DNA of 64,000 bases, taken from assembly GCA_965116875.1 (NCBI GenBank), contig OZ220733.1:5280001-5344000 (forward strand), in the 5' to 3' direction. A program made the position numbers and the translations under genes. Source of the stretch: Candidatus Latescibacterota bacterium (GTDB lineage Bacteria; Latescibacterota; UBA2968; GCA-2709665). The notes beneath the pieces were generated by a model. The model was given only the letters and a program-made list of their open reading frames with translations. It did no database searches and was not told the DNA's origin. Below, one piece after another: positions 47,592 to 58,351 of this stretch (positions within the stretch are counted from its first letter, which is position 1; each line of letters starts with the position of its first letter).

Positions 47592-49703
47592 TCACTTCAA
47601 TGCTGACAGGCAACAGAACTTCAACTTTTCTCCTGAGCCGCAAGGGCATGGTGCGTAGGGATTCAATCCGCGGGCTGTCTGGAGTTCATTAAGCAGAACT
47701 CGGCTTCTTCTGCGCCATGCGGCTATTCTTGCTTCACCGTTTCGAAGATCGCCCCAGACGGCGGGTTGCAGAATTGGTCCGCGATTTCGCGGTATGAACA
47801 GTCCGGAGAGTTTATCGCGAGCCTTCTGCAACACCGACATCGGGATCGTCTCTTTCAGTCCGGAATTCACGGCAGCGACCACTTGACCCCCTTCGTTTTC
47901 CACTAGCCGCTCCGCGATCTCGCGCCGAAAGCTGTTCCCGACGGCCGATTCCCTGAATCGCAATACGCCATCGAGAAGGCCGGGCTGTTGTTCTATCAAC
48001 GCTCCAAGATCCGAATTGAACCGGCCAGTCAAAGCGTAACTCGCTGCTTCATCCGCCCATGTGCTTCCGCCAGATGCGGAGAAAGCTACACTCGCCAGCA
48101 TCTCACTGCCCAGCAGCATTCGGGTAGCGGTGGCATTAATATGCCGACAAATCACTCCTTTTCGTATCACCGATGCAAGACGCAATACTGGATAGGCCAG
48201 CCAACGCGGTACCGCGCCCGTCGGTGTCCCACCGCTAATTCCCAAGAGCGTACGAATGGATGGATTCACCATTGAACCGCGCGTCATCTGTCCCAACTGC
48301 TCTGAGGTCAGGGCATCCGTCAGATCTATAGACATTGACGCGAGCCCTTCCATTTGTCTTTCGGCGATCTTCTCCTTTCCGGGAAAGGGGGTCAGCTGCT
48401 GACGAATTATCTCTGCGACTGTCCGCTCCTTGAATGACTCCTCCGTACTGGACTTGGAACCCAACTTTATTGTTGCTATTTCTCCGACTAGCGCACCTGG
48501 TTCTGGAAACCCAACAACCGGCTCGTTCGGCTGCACAATCAGGCGTATCGCCTCAACTTCAACGAATTTCCAGAACCAGAACGAGCCAAGCAGGTCGTGG
48601 AGCCTTCCCAAATGACCGACGGACAGGTACGTAACGTCGAAGCAGATCAGTCCAACGACGACATCGTGCAACGCGGAGTAGTTGTCAAGTGCCACTTCGC
48701 CATCCACATACCCTTCTCCGACAATGAACTGCTGAGTACCCGATTTACCGGTTGCCGTAAACGTCTGCGACGTCGTATATTTCCCCCATGGCAGCAAGTC
48801 CCCTAGGAAGTAGACGCTGTCTCGGTCACGTTGCCCAATCGCGGCACTTCCCGAAGCCGTTGCGGTCGGGCGCTCATGGGCCTGCATATCGGCGACGGCT
48901 TCAAGGGTAAGCAGTGCGCTCCGGTGGTCAGCCGGATCGACCCGATAGCTTATGCGTCTGACATTTGCTTGTACCCGCGAAGATCCTTCCGGCAACACAA
49001 TGAAGTGGGGACCGGTCCCGAACAGCGGGTGGGTTTCCGCTCCACGTTTCAGCGCTGCAATCACATGATCGTCTTGAAGACCGAAGCCTAAAAATAGGAC
49101 GCTACAATTGGCGAAAACCGAACGAAGTGCGTTTACGAACGGTGGGTCGGTTGGCACACCGTCGTAGTCACGTGAGGAAAACACCATCGTCTCGACCGCA
49201 CTGATCGACCCGTGCAGTTTGCATATGAATGCCTTGCGTTGGTCCAGCAACAGGGTTAACCGTTCGATATCTGACCGTTGAACGGCCTCCGGTCCAGACA
49301 GGTGGCGCTCTAGGGACTCGTCGACGTTGGTTGTCAAAACGTTCGTCGGCTTGATCCGATCGAGGGCGCGTACCATTCGCTCGTAGACAGGGGTCGCTTG
49401 TTGTGGTGCGAAGGCGTCAGTCAAACAGGAGTAATACAGCGTGGAGTCGCTCGTCCTCATCTCCTCAAAGAGCTCGGGGTATGACCTTTCCGCTAATAGG
49501 GACGAAGCGGTATCCTTGGCGTAGTTGCCCGCCTCCCTTGCGAATCGCAGGTGCATTCGGTCTGCCAGCGCGTCCCATAGAGGGTAACCCGCCCACGCGC
49601 TCGCACCTGCCCCGAGCCAGACTACCAGTGGACGCCGGCGGGAAACAACCAGCGTTTCGAGAGCGTGAAGCGCTTGTTTGGTCTCAAGATCTTCACAAAA
49701 CAC
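47592..49703 (-). CDS. SIR2-like domain protein with C-terminal SEC-C motif
   Basis: WLGAGAS, LTTNVD, KLHGS, LFLGFGLQD; CPCGSGEKLKFCC. Confidence 0.88.
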   Translation of the reverse strand: MFCEDLETKQALHALETLVVSRRRPLVVWLGAGASAWAGYPLWDALADRMHLRFAREAGNYAKDTASSLLAERSYPELFEEMRTSDSTLYYSCLTDAFAPQQATPVYERMVRALDRIKPTNVLTTNVDESLERHLSGPEAVQRSDIERLTLLLDQRKAFICKLHGSISAVETMVFSSRDYDGVPTDPPFVNALRSVFANCSVLFLGFGLQDDHVIAALKRGAETHPLFGTGPHFIVLPEGSSRVQANVRRISYRVDPADHRSALLTLEAVADMQAHERPTATASGSAAIGQRDRDSVYFLGDLLPWGKYTTSQTFTATGKSGTQQFIVGEGYVDGEVALDNYSALHDVVVGLICFDVTYLSVGHLGRLHDLLGSFWFWKFVEVEAIRLIVQPNEPVVGFPEPGALVGEIATIKLGSKSSTEESFKERTVAEIIRQQLTPFPGKEKIAERQMEGLASMSIDLTDALTSEQLGQMTRGSMVNPSIRTLLGISGGTPTGAVPRWLAYPVLRLASVIRKGVICRHINATATRMLLGSEMLASVAFSASGGSTWADEAASYALTGRFNSDLGALIEQQPGLLDGVLRFRESAVGNSFRREIAERLVENEGGQVVAAVNSGLKETIPMSVLQKARDKLSGLFIPRNRGPILQPAVWGDLRNGEARIAAWRRRSRVLLNELQTARGLNPYAPCPCGSGEKLKFCCLSALK

Positions 49704-50083
49704 TATTGACCCCCTTCGCTTCGGCTGTCGGCGTCAGTTCATTGCTGCAGATCGAAGATGGTTTGCACTAATGGGTAAAGAATGATATCGCACCACCGCG
49801 GCATAGTTCGAAGAAAGCGTTCTAACGGAGCGGAGCGCTTCAAGGCCGCTAGATGTTCTAGCTTGCCCTCGCAAGCGCGAGTAGCGACGTATATTCGGGG
49901 CGCTAAGCGGATGGAGTGCCTGCTAGGCGTGGCACCACTTCCGGAAGTTCCCCCGCAGGATATCTGTACTCGTTATTTCGCCAATGCGCTCTTCCCGATA
50001 CGTCGGAAATCACCTCTAGTTCGCGTTCGTTAGCAGCAGCGATCAGTTCCCGCGTGCGCTCAATCCTGCCCCAGAACCCCTTG

Positions 50084-50983
50084 TCAAACGTCCTCTTCCT
50101 CGGAGCCCGAAAATATGCTTTGTGCATCGCGTGGCAACTTGCTGACGTGCATGAGGAAGGCCAATGCGCTTTCGGCTTTTTCTACCTGAAAACGGTATCC
50201 ATACTCGTTTCCGACGGTCTGCGCCGTCCGAACGAACAGCCTGTGGATCGCCTGCAAAGACTCGGTGATATCGTCATAATCCGATCCTGCATAGGTGCGT
50301 TGGAACTCCCGCCAGTCTTCAGATTCAAGGTGCTCTTCCAGGTCTTTCCCTTCGCTTCCCAGCGATCTCTCGAATCCCTTCCTCACGCCGATGTACCAGC
50401 CCAGCATCAGGACGAGGTCCTGTCGCAGGCGGTCAATATGACACTTCAGCAATGGGAGCTTCCGTCGCCACAAAGCCTTTGGAACGTGCGATCCGAGGCT
50501 GAAGCAGAATGTGTTGCAGCAGTCATTATACCACTTCTGCGTGGGCTCCGTGATGAAGAAACCTCCTTCACTGGAATTCGGGAGATCGGGAATCAGACCG
50601 TCCTTGTCCAGCAGGACCCGGGTGAGACTGTCGAATGGGCGCCTCTTTAGCATTTCGACAGGCAAAAACGCCATATCGATGCGATTGCCGTCTGTAAATT
50701 GGACGTTGTAGGTATAGCGACCGTCTCGGATGCCGGGCCTGTAGACCTGGTCCTCTACCCTTTCAACGAGGAGCGGGACCCCAAAGTACGGAACAACACG
50801 TGTTTCTACTCTGAATGGTTCGACGTTCGTGACAAAAAAGACAATATCGTAGTCCTGGAAAATGTCCTTTTCGGCGTTCGGGTTGACACGAGACCCATTC
50901 ATTACGACCGCCCGAATCCGGTCGTCGGCTCGGGCAAAGCCGAGGATCAGCGCCAGCATTTCTTCTTCGGTTCGCGTCCTCAC
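50084..50983 (-). CDS. Aminoglycoside 6-adenylyltransferase family (AadK-like)
   Basis: IRAVVMNGSRVNP..DIFQDYDIV, DGNRID, VLLDKDG, KALWRR. Confidence 0.88.
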   Translation of the reverse strand: MRTRTEEEMLALILGFARADDRIRAVVMNGSRVNPNAEKDIFQDYDIVFFVTNVEPFRVETRVVPYFGVPLLVERVEDQVYRPGIRDGRYTYNVQFTDGNRIDMAFLPVEMLKRRPFDSLTRVLLDKDGLIPDLPNSSEGGFFITEPTQKWYNDCCNTFCFSLGSHVPKALWRRKLPLLKCHIDRLRQDLVLMLGWYIGVRKGFERSLGSEGKDLEEHLESEDWREFQRTYAGSDYDDITESLQAIHRLFVRTAQTVGNEYGYRFQVEKAESALAFLMHVSKLPRDAQSIFSGSEEEDV

Positions 50984-51021
50984 GTGATCCTCACTGCAAA
51001 TGAGACATCATTGAAATGCGT

Positions 51022-51993
51022 TCACACTTCTACGGCATCAGCAATGAACTCCTGATATGCTTCGCGATAGTGAGGCTCCCAATCAGCCCGTTCAGGTTGC
51101 CATTGACGGGCGGCCATCCAGCCCAGCGCGATTCTCGTTGCAACATCCAGATCGGGACCCTCGAGGCTCGCGAGTCCCGCTTCGCGGCGTTTGGCGGCCA
51201 TTCTGGGCACGAGATCCCTGTGGCCGGGTCGATTCCTGTCTCCGGAATTCAGGACCTGGAGATAGGCGGTGTCCAGGATCCACGGTTGATGATTCGGGTG
51301 GACGTCGATCAGGACCGCGCGCTCCCCTTCCGGCGGCGGATCTCTCATCAAGCCGTTGCACAGGTGAAAGTCTTCGAAGCAGGTCTCGGATCCACACTTC
51401 GCGAGGATGAACACCCAATGGTCGTCGAGTCTCGACAGAAGCGCATCGACGGGCCCTGGACAACGCCGCCGGACCGCACCCTCAAACCAGGCGGAAACTC
51501 CAGCTTTTGTCGTAACATCCAATGCAGGGTCATTGATCCGCTTCGCCTGCTGATAGAAACGAACCCCCGCGTCCAGCATCAACTCGAACTCCCTCCCGTT
51601 CCAGGAATTTCCCAGTGGGCCATACGGAATGGCTTCCGATGCCAGCCAATGCACGTCAACCTCTCCCAGACGTGATCCGGAGGCACAGACTCTCGGGACC
51701 AGGTTCGGACAAAGGCGATGAAGTTCAGTACACCAGAAATTCTCCCGTGCGCTGGTTCCGACCTTTATGATGACGACCAGACCTGTCTCTCGATGCAACC
51801 CACGAAGATGGACCGCTCTCAATCCGTATTCCTGGACGAACAGCTCGATGTCGCTGACGATTGAAGTGATTTCCTCAGTCTGATTGACGGCGTCGAGGAT
51901 TGCACGCAAGACCGCGTCCGATCTCGAAACTCGTCCATAGTCTCCGAAGATTGTCACAGTCGAACTCCATTCCGGTCCTGGGTGAATTTCCAC
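51022..51993 (-). CDS. APH/choline-kinase-like phosphotransferase
   Basis: IIKV, DFHLCN catalytic-loop-like segment, VLID. Confidence 0.6.
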   Translation of the reverse strand: MEIHPGPEWSSTVTIFGDYGRVSRSDAVLRAILDAVNQTEEITSIVSDIELFVQEYGLRAVHLRGLHRETGLVVIIKVGTSARENFWCTELHRLCPNLVPRVCASGSRLGEVDVHWLASEAIPYGPLGNSWNGREFELMLDAGVRFYQQAKRINDPALDVTTKAGVSAWFEGAVRRRCPGPVDALLSRLDDHWVFILAKCGSETCFEDFHLCNGLMRDPPPEGERAVLIDVHPNHQPWILDTAYLQVLNSGDRNRPGHRDLVPRMAAKRREAGLASLEGPDLDVATRIALGWMAARQWQPERADWEPHYREAYQEFIADAVEV

Positions 51994-52067
51994 AGACGAT
52001 CCTGGAACTCAGCAATCCGTGAAGCGGATTGAGGATGGTTGAGAATGGATCAGCCCGGCCCGGCGTT

Positions 52068-52415
52068 TCAATCCTCGAAGACCTCAGCCGACAGGTCAAA
52101 AGCGGGGGTATGGATCAGCGAAAGGATCGCCTTCGCTTCAGTGTCGTTCCGGTACCCAAATGGCACACCTTTCGGCACCAGACAGGAGTCCCCTTCTTCG
52201 AGACGGTATTCGTCTGAGCCCAGCACAAAGCTTATCTTCCCCTCAATCACGTAGTAGTACTTGTCCGATCGCGTCGACCGTGCTTTTCGGTGCAGCATTC
52301 CCGGAGGGATCTCGACTATTGCAAGCGAGGAACTATGGTTTTGATCCGGGGTATAGTCTCGAATCTCAAGGCCTTCGAATGCGACACGCTTCGCTGCGCT
52401 GGACTTGACAATCAT
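52068..52415 (-). CDS. Cupin domain protein
   Basis: YYVIEG..LEEGDSCLVPKGVP. Confidence 0.85.
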   Translation of the reverse strand: MIVKSSAAKRVAFEGLEIRDYTPDQNHSSSLAIVEIPPGMLHRKARSTRSDKYYYVIEGKISFVLGSDEYRLEEGDSCLVPKGVPFGYRNDTEAKAILSLIHTPAFDLSAEVFED

Positions 52416-52528
52416 CGGAGTCCCCCACGCGTTGTTTGAATGTGGACTCTATTTTGAAATTGTGAGCAACACTTGTCAGATGACCCGTATTCGTGCCAGC
52501 GTCGAGGAACTGATCGGCCGCAGGAACA

Positions 52529-53620
52529 TCAGAAGTGGTCGGGCGCCCAGAAGATGACCTCGCGGCGGGGGAACCAGGCCTCGAGCCGGCGAACGTCGCC
52601 AGCATCCAGCGAGACACCTCGTGCGCGAAGGATGGGTTCCAGGTCGCGGCCGGAGGACTCGCCAAACAGAAGCCGGCACACCCAATCGACGGGCAGCCTG
52701 CCTGCCAACGCCACCGCTTCGGGTGCGGCCATGGCGATCAGGGAATCGAGATCGAAAGGCAGGACCATCATCGAGTTGTCGCCGCCGAGTTCCAGATCGG
52801 CGTCAGCGGCGGCGACCAGAGCGTCCACGAAGGGGTGGTTGTGGGGGATCTCTCCAACGATCTGCGCCACCCCGTCCCTGGCGCACTCGTGGAGCAGGCG
52901 ATCCACCAGGGCCTCAAGGGCGGGGCCGCCCTCATACGCGACCTCATACACCGCGGCCTCCTCACCGCCGCTCTCCCAGTTGATATAACCGCAGAGTCCC
53001 TCGTCGCCTCGCACGACGTTGGTCGGCAACACACCCCGCACCCTAGACGGGACGTAGTCCCAGTACGGCCGCGGACGCAGCATGGTCCCGCTGCGACCGG
53101 CGTTGTGACGCTGATAGAGTGCGACCGTCTCCTCCAGGTCGCGATCCTCGTCGAATGGCAGGACCTCGAACGCGGACCGTCTCGGGGGCGGCGGACGGCG
53201 CAACTCTGCCTGAAAACCCATGAGCGGAACGCAATACCAGCCGAGGCGCCGGTAGAAGCGCGCCGGGATCTCCGTGAACAGCAGACCCAGGTCAAAGCCA
53301 TCGTCGCGCATGTACTCCGCCGCATGCGCCATCAGCCGCGTGGCGATTCCGCGCTTCCGGTATTCGGGATGGGTGGTGACGCCGCCGATGCCGCCCATGC
53401 GTACGGGCGAGACGCCGAGGTGGACCTGCCGGTCCCAGATGCGCAGCGTGGAAACGATCCGGTTTTCCACGACGACGACGGGCGTATGGGACGGGCGCCA
53501 CGTCGGATCGCCTGAGATGTAGCCCCGGTACCGCTCGCGGCCGTCGGGGTTGTGCACGGCGCAGATAAGATCGAGGAGTTCCTCGAGTTCCCACTCGCGG
53601 ATGGGACGAATTTCTTCCAT
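52529..53620 (-). CDS. GNAT acetyltransferase, Eis-like
   Basis: GGIGGVTTHPEYRKRGIA, FYRRLGW. Confidence 0.85.
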   Translation of the reverse strand: MEEIRPIREWELEELLDLICAVHNPDGRERYRGYISGDPTWRPSHTPVVVVENRIVSTLRIWDRQVHLGVSPVRMGGIGGVTTHPEYRKRGIATRLMAHAAEYMRDDGFDLGLLFTEIPARFYRRLGWYCVPLMGFQAELRRPPPPRRSAFEVLPFDEDRDLEETVALYQRHNAGRSGTMLRPRPYWDYVPSRVRGVLPTNVVRGDEGLCGYINWESGGEEAAVYEVAYEGGPALEALVDRLLHECARDGVAQIVGEIPHNHPFVDALVAAADADLELGGDNSMMVLPFDLDSLIAMAAPEAVALAGRLPVDWVCRLLFGESSGRDLEPILRARGVSLDAGDVRRLEAWFPRREVIFWAPDHF

Positions 53621-53672
53621 GGTATCCTTTTCAGCCTGTCGAGCACAGCCTCCGCGCCACGTTTCCCCGAAC

Positions 53673-54539
53673 TCATTCGTCGATTGTCAACGTCAATCCG
53701 TCGTACGCGATTCGGTATCCGTTTGCCGCGGCATACGCGTCGAGTTCGTCGTGCTCCAGGTATCCTTCGTGTGAAATGTGCGTCGCGTAGACGCTCGCAC
53801 CGTCCTTGAGCAGGCCGCTGCGCCGGAAGCGGTCCACGTGACCGATGACGTCAACGGCGGCAAGATGATCTGGCGGGCTGAGTTCGATGCCGACGCCGTA
53901 CGTCTGGTCCAGGATGAGCAGATCGAACCGCGTGCCGGCACGCAGCAGATGCTCCCACACGTGCTCCGGGAGAACCGACGTATCGGTGCCGTAGAAAATC
54001 GAATTCGGTCCCTGCTCGATCGCGTATAGCAGGGCGCCCTCTACCGTTCCGTGGTTCGCGGGATAACCTTTGACCCGATAATTGCCGACAGCCTGCTTCT
54101 CGAACGGCTCGAGGGGCATCGGGTCGATCCGAAGCGCACCGCGGATTTGTTCGCCGAAGATGCTCCCGTACGAGCATCGTCCGGCAAGATCCTCGTCGAT
54201 AGAACTCAGTGTATCGTTCGAACCCGCCAGAATCATGTGCCTGTCGAGAACGGTCCCGTAATCCTCGTGCCTGGCCATGAGGAATTCGGGATCGAAGTGG
54301 TCCTCGTGGGCATGCGTCAGGAGACAGACTTCGATTCCGGTGAGACTGATGCCGAAATCGAACGACGCGGTCGCGACGTCCGGGCCGAAATCCACCATCA
54401 GGTCATCGTTGACAACGATTGACGATCGCCTGCGAAGGTTCTTTCCGCCCGCCCGCCTGGCGCCCGTGCAGGCCTCGCACGTGCAAAAGGGGTTCGGCAT
54501 CGAAGGCGCGGCCGCTGTTCCCAGAAACGTGACTCGCAT
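53673..54539 (-). CDS. MBL-fold metallohydrolase (PhnP-like)
   Basis: FLGT..PFCTCEAC, THAHEDH, THISH. Confidence 0.88.
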   Translation of the reverse strand: MRVTFLGTAAAPSMPNPFCTCEACTGARRAGGKNLRRRSSIVVNDDLMVDFGPDVATASFDFGISLTGIEVCLLTHAHEDHFDPEFLMARHEDYGTVLDRHMILAGSNDTLSSIDEDLAGRCSYGSIFGEQIRGALRIDPMPLEPFEKQAVGNYRVKGYPANHGTVEGALLYAIEQGPNSIFYGTDTSVLPEHVWEHLLRAGTRFDLLILDQTYGVGIELSPPDHLAAVDVIGHVDRFRRSGLLKDGASVYATHISHEGYLEHDELDAYAAANGYRIAYDGLTLTIDE

Positions 54540-54739
54540 TTCTTATTCAGTCTGATTTGGTACGAACGCAGCAAGCTCAATTCAGCCGGAACCCGGAGCC
54601 GCTCCCTGAGCTTGTCGAAGGGTCGGCGAGGGACAATAAAAGGCGCTAAACGATCCGTCCGTTTTGCCCACCGGGTATGCCGAGTATCAGATCCACACAT
54701 TTGTGGCTAAGTAACGGACACCCGGGAGATTCCCGCAAA

Positions 54740-55642
54740 TCACTTCAGATGCTCCGTTCGCAGTTCCCGCGACCACTCGAAGTAATCGTACAGCCGTACC
54801 AGTTCGAACTCATCGACAATGTCGGCCGCGGTGCGCTCCTCGGTCTCGCTGTAGATCACCGATGTGCCCACCTCCCCGGTGATGACAATACGTACGTCCT
54901 TGCCGTATTTTCGATGGATATCGTCGAACCTGGCCCGATTCTTGTCGAGATGCACCACTTCGAAGTCCAGATTGATGCGAGCGGAAGCCCAGCTTCTGTA
55001 GTTATTGCTCGTGTCCAGGGTGGTCCCCTGCGGGTCGATGATGGTGCAGGGCGTCCCCCTGTACACCGAGCCCACGAAGTAGGCCTGCACGTCCAGCGCC
55101 CAGAAATTCTGCACCAGCCCGCCGTGGTACATGGAACTGAAGAGGAGCAGTTTCGGCCTGAGCTTCTTGTATTGCGCCCGAAGCTCACCGAAGTTCAGGT
55201 CGAAGCAGATCACTCCACCCACCGGCCCGAATTCGGTGCGGATCAGCGTCGCGCCCGGACCCGGACGGGTGCCGTGATCGAACTCCGGGTATACCGGAAT
55301 GTACTTGCGGTAGATACCGGCCAGTTCCCCACGCCGATCAAGCAGCCCGAGGACGTTGAAGACCGCCTCGCTCTTGGGTTCCTTCTGATGCACCGGCACG
55401 GTGATGTAGCAGTTGTATTCCCGGGCCAGTCCGGCCAGCAGTTGCGTCGTCGGCCCCTCCGGCACTTCTTCGTCGCAGGTGCGGCAAATGGTCTCGGGAA
55501 GGACGATTAGGTCGGGCGTGGTCGCGCGGGCGACCTGTCCCACCAGGTTCGTCAGGTCCTTATGGGTCTGCGCCATCACCTTCTCATCGTCCCCACTGAT
55601 CGGGGCGTACGAAATGCTCGATACAACGATGTAATTGCTCAT
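54740..55642 (-). CDS. Carbon-nitrogen hydrolase (nitrilase superfamily)
   Basis: DLIVLPE, YRK, ICFD triad. Confidence 0.88.
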   Translation of the reverse strand: MSNYIVVSSISYAPISGDDEKVMAQTHKDLTNLVGQVARATTPDLIVLPETICRTCDEEVPEGPTTQLLAGLAREYNCYITVPVHQKEPKSEAVFNVLGLLDRRGELAGIYRKYIPVYPEFDHGTRPGPGATLIRTEFGPVGGVICFDLNFGELRAQYKKLRPKLLLFSSMYHGGLVQNFWALDVQAYFVGSVYRGTPCTIIDPQGTTLDTSNNYRSWASARINLDFEVVHLDKNRARFDDIHRKYGKDVRIVITGEVGTSVIYSETEERTAADIVDEFELVRLYDYFEWSRELRTEHLK

Positions 55643-55731
55643 GGGATGGTCCTTTCGTCAGTCGATTCGTGGGACTTGAATACCGTAGTCCATCATCGTG
55701 GATCGTTATCGGACCCGTTCCGGGAGCAGCC

Positions 55732-56100
55732 TCAGGAACGCTTCTCAGGACCGGCACGCGCGCCGACCCAGACCCGATTCCCGTCGGGATCCCGCACTCT
55801 GAATTCCGTCATGCCGTAGAAAGTTTCGCCGATGGTGTCGGGGTCGAATCCGGCGGCAATCAGGCGACCTCGTACCGATTCAATCTCGGACGTATAGTAG
55901 TAAACGACAGTTGCGGCGTTCGATTCCGCGCGTATCGATCGGTCGATCATCACCTGGCAGCCGTGTTCTCCTTCGAGTATGGCGTGGCCCCAATCATCCC
56001 TGCGGCGGACGACCCTCAGACCCAGCCCTCGCGAGTAGAAGGATATCGCCTGATCCAGATCGGTAATCGGAACCATCGCGGTGATGCGATGTATACTCAC
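55732..56100 (-). CDS. VOC/glyoxalase family protein
   Basis: DLDQAISFY..LG, YGMTEFRVRDPDGN. Confidence 0.88.
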   Translation of the reverse strand: MSIHRITAMVPITDLDQAISFYSRGLGLRVVRRRDDWGHAILEGEHGCQVMIDRSIRAESNAATVVYYYTSEIESVRGRLIAAGFDPDTIGETFYGMTEFRVRDPDGNRVWVGARAGPEKRS

Positions 56101-56642
56101 AGTTTTCGCCTCTCTGCTGATTGCTTCAAGGTGGTCAGGCCATGCCTTAAGCGGATCTGCCGCCCGTCATCCCGGACGCCCCCATCGCGGCGCCACCCGA
56201 AGGCCTCGTAGAAAGCAATTCCACGCTCATAGCCCTCTACGGTCCACACGATCGCCTCGTTGTACCCGTCCGCAGCCAGATGACGCAGTGCGACGGACAT
56301 TAATGCCGTGCCTATTCCTGTTCGCCAGTGCAACGGATCGACAGCGATCGTATCGAGTTCGCCCAGGCGCACATCCACCGGATCCCGGCTGGGTCCGATG
56401 CCGGCGACCCCCGCAATTATACCAGAGTCTTCAGCGACCCACCAGCGACGTGGGACGGGTTGAGCGAGATCATGACGCCAGCGTTCAACGAGCGCTGGTG
56501 TCACGGTTCTATCCGCCCGTGATAGCAGCGCGCCAAATCCGGCGTTCCAGGAATCGATGTAAATGCGCGCGACAGTCTCCGCGTCAGCAGAGGTAGCCGA
56601 ACGGATCGTCGGGCGCATTCTTCGTGTCGTGTGAGGATTCAT
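56097..56642 (-). CDS. GNAT acetyltransferase
   Basis: IAVDPLHWRTGIGTAL, FYEAFGW. Confidence 0.88.
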   Translation of the reverse strand: MNPHTTRRMRPTIRSATSADAETVARIYIDSWNAGFGALLSRADRTVTPALVERWRHDLAQPVPRRWWVAEDSGIIAGVAGIGPSRDPVDVRLGELDTIAVDPLHWRTGIGTALMSVALRHLAADGYNEAIVWTVEGYERGIAFYEAFGWRRDGGVRDDGRQIRLRHGLTTLKQSAERRKL

Positions 56643-56715
56643 CTGATGGTTTTTTTTTCGCGTAGCCGGTGTCTTTCGAATTATACGAATTCAGCCGAAA
56701 CGCTGTGATCGCCGA

Positions 56716-57237
56716 TCACGTCTGATAGGAAAAGACGACACCAGCGTCCTTGAGATTCCTCGACAGTTCGGACACGGAGTTGACAGGAATAAGCTGGATG
56801 CTCCATCTACGCAAGATCTCAGGCATCGCATAGGTCTCAGAACCGATGGCTTCAACCGGTTCTCTGGAGATGAACTCGTTGCTGGGCGTCTTCGTGAAAT
56901 GGCGCCCCTCGAAAATATAGACATTGGCCACAAACTCCATTATCCGCGTCACATCCTCACGATTCACGAAGATGTAACACTTCCTGGCCAGATCTGTATC
57001 TATGCCGAGGATCGACAGCTTTCGCCTGAACTCATCGGAGTTCCTGACTCTTATTCGATGTATCTTTGGGAACAGGTGTATTGAAATCTCTTCAAAGTCG
57101 CCGGCATAGAGCAGGCAGTCCGGGATGTAGCCTGGTTTGGGCCGTCTGCCGCTGCTCCGGAAGTCATGAGTACGGTAGAATTTCGTTGGATGGAACACCA
57201 AACTCTCGCGTGGAGCAGACACCTTATATAGATGCAT
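56716..57237 (-). CDS. Hypothetical protein
   Basis: Uninterrupted 173-aa ORF, lower GC. Confidence 0.55.
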   Translation of the reverse strand: MHLYKVSAPRESLVFHPTKFYRTHDFRSSGRRPKPGYIPDCLLYAGDFEEISIHLFPKIHRIRVRNSDEFRRKLSILGIDTDLARKCYIFVNREDVTRIMEFVANVYIFEGRHFTKTPSNEFISREPVEAIGSETYAMPEILRRWSIQLIPVNSVSELSRNLKDAGVVFSYQT

Positions 57238-57439
57238 TGTGTCGACACCTGTCTTGCAGCGAAATCAAGCTTCGGACGGTCTTTTTTTGATCGGAACTCA
57301 CAGGGTTCCAAAATTGCCCTTTTCAAATAAACGAGGACAGCGGTGATCGGACCTGGAATTCTCTCCTTACGGGTGGCCGCAGAACGTGGCAAAACCCCGA
57401 AAAACGCTACACCGGACGCAAGCGCCCTGCGACCGAAGG

Positions 57440-57678
57440 CAATCTGACCGCTATCACGACAAGATCCACCTTAACTGGAGCGAGGGCATCCTGCCCTCGA
57501 ATTTCGAACAACCGACGGACTTCCACACCAGGGGCCAATTACTTCCCTTCCATCCGAAGCCACACCTGGAATGGTAACGCAAGGACCCCTCCTATTCGCC
57601 ATCGAGGGCAGGATGCCCTCGCTCCCGGGGACGCCAACCACATCGAACACAAATCAGTTCTTGTCCTGGACAGCCGTG
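57440..57678 (+). mobile_element. MITE-B/REPIN-like element, copy 2
   Basis: Same inverted REP pair and flanks as 25429-25594, different spacer. Confidence 0.7.
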
Positions 57679-57737
57679 AACGGGAATACACTGATTTATT
57701 CCATTTTTTCATAAATCGGGCGGTTTTGGAATTCAGC

Positions 57738-58192
57738 TCAGGTCCCGGCAGGTCGCATCCGGGTCCGACGCGGTTCTTCGACGGGATCTGAGTTCGGCCA
57801 TCCCGTATATTTGGGGATTCCATCCGACAGATCGAGTACGGCCTCGTCGCAATGAATATGATGCCTTGCTTCGTGGACATAGCCCGACTCGGCCAGCGCC
57901 ATGGCGAAACGACCGTCCTGTCGTTCGCCAGCCGGTTCAACAGTCCGGACCCGCAATGGCTGCACCAATGACGATTGCTTCGTCTATCCTGGTAACTTTC
58001 CAGTAGTTCCTCGCCTTCCGTTATATGTACGGCCTTGTCAGGCCAGGTCGCATAGGCATTGAGGGGCGCCGCGTGCCAGACTCTGCAGGTCTTGCAATGG
58101 CAATATCCCGCAGAAATGGGCGGTCCTGTCACCTGGATTCTAATCTGACCGCAGAGACAGCTGCCTTCGTACGTCACAGCACTCGGTGACAT
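57738..58192 (-). pseudogene. GFA (CENP-V) family protein, frameshifted near 57908
   Basis: GSCLCG, CHCKTC, CSHCGS in one frame; HHIHCDEAVLDLSDGIPKY in another. Confidence 0.75.
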
Positions 58193-58351
58193 GTCGCCTC
58201 CCGTTTCATTGGGCATCCGATCCGCTCAGCGTTTTTCAATTGAGAATAGTGCGCAAAATGGCTCCAGTGCAAGCTTCTTCACGAATTTATCCGGACTACC
58301 AATCAACGTCTTCCAGGCGTCGATGCTGTCAGTCACGAGATCGGTCAATAA

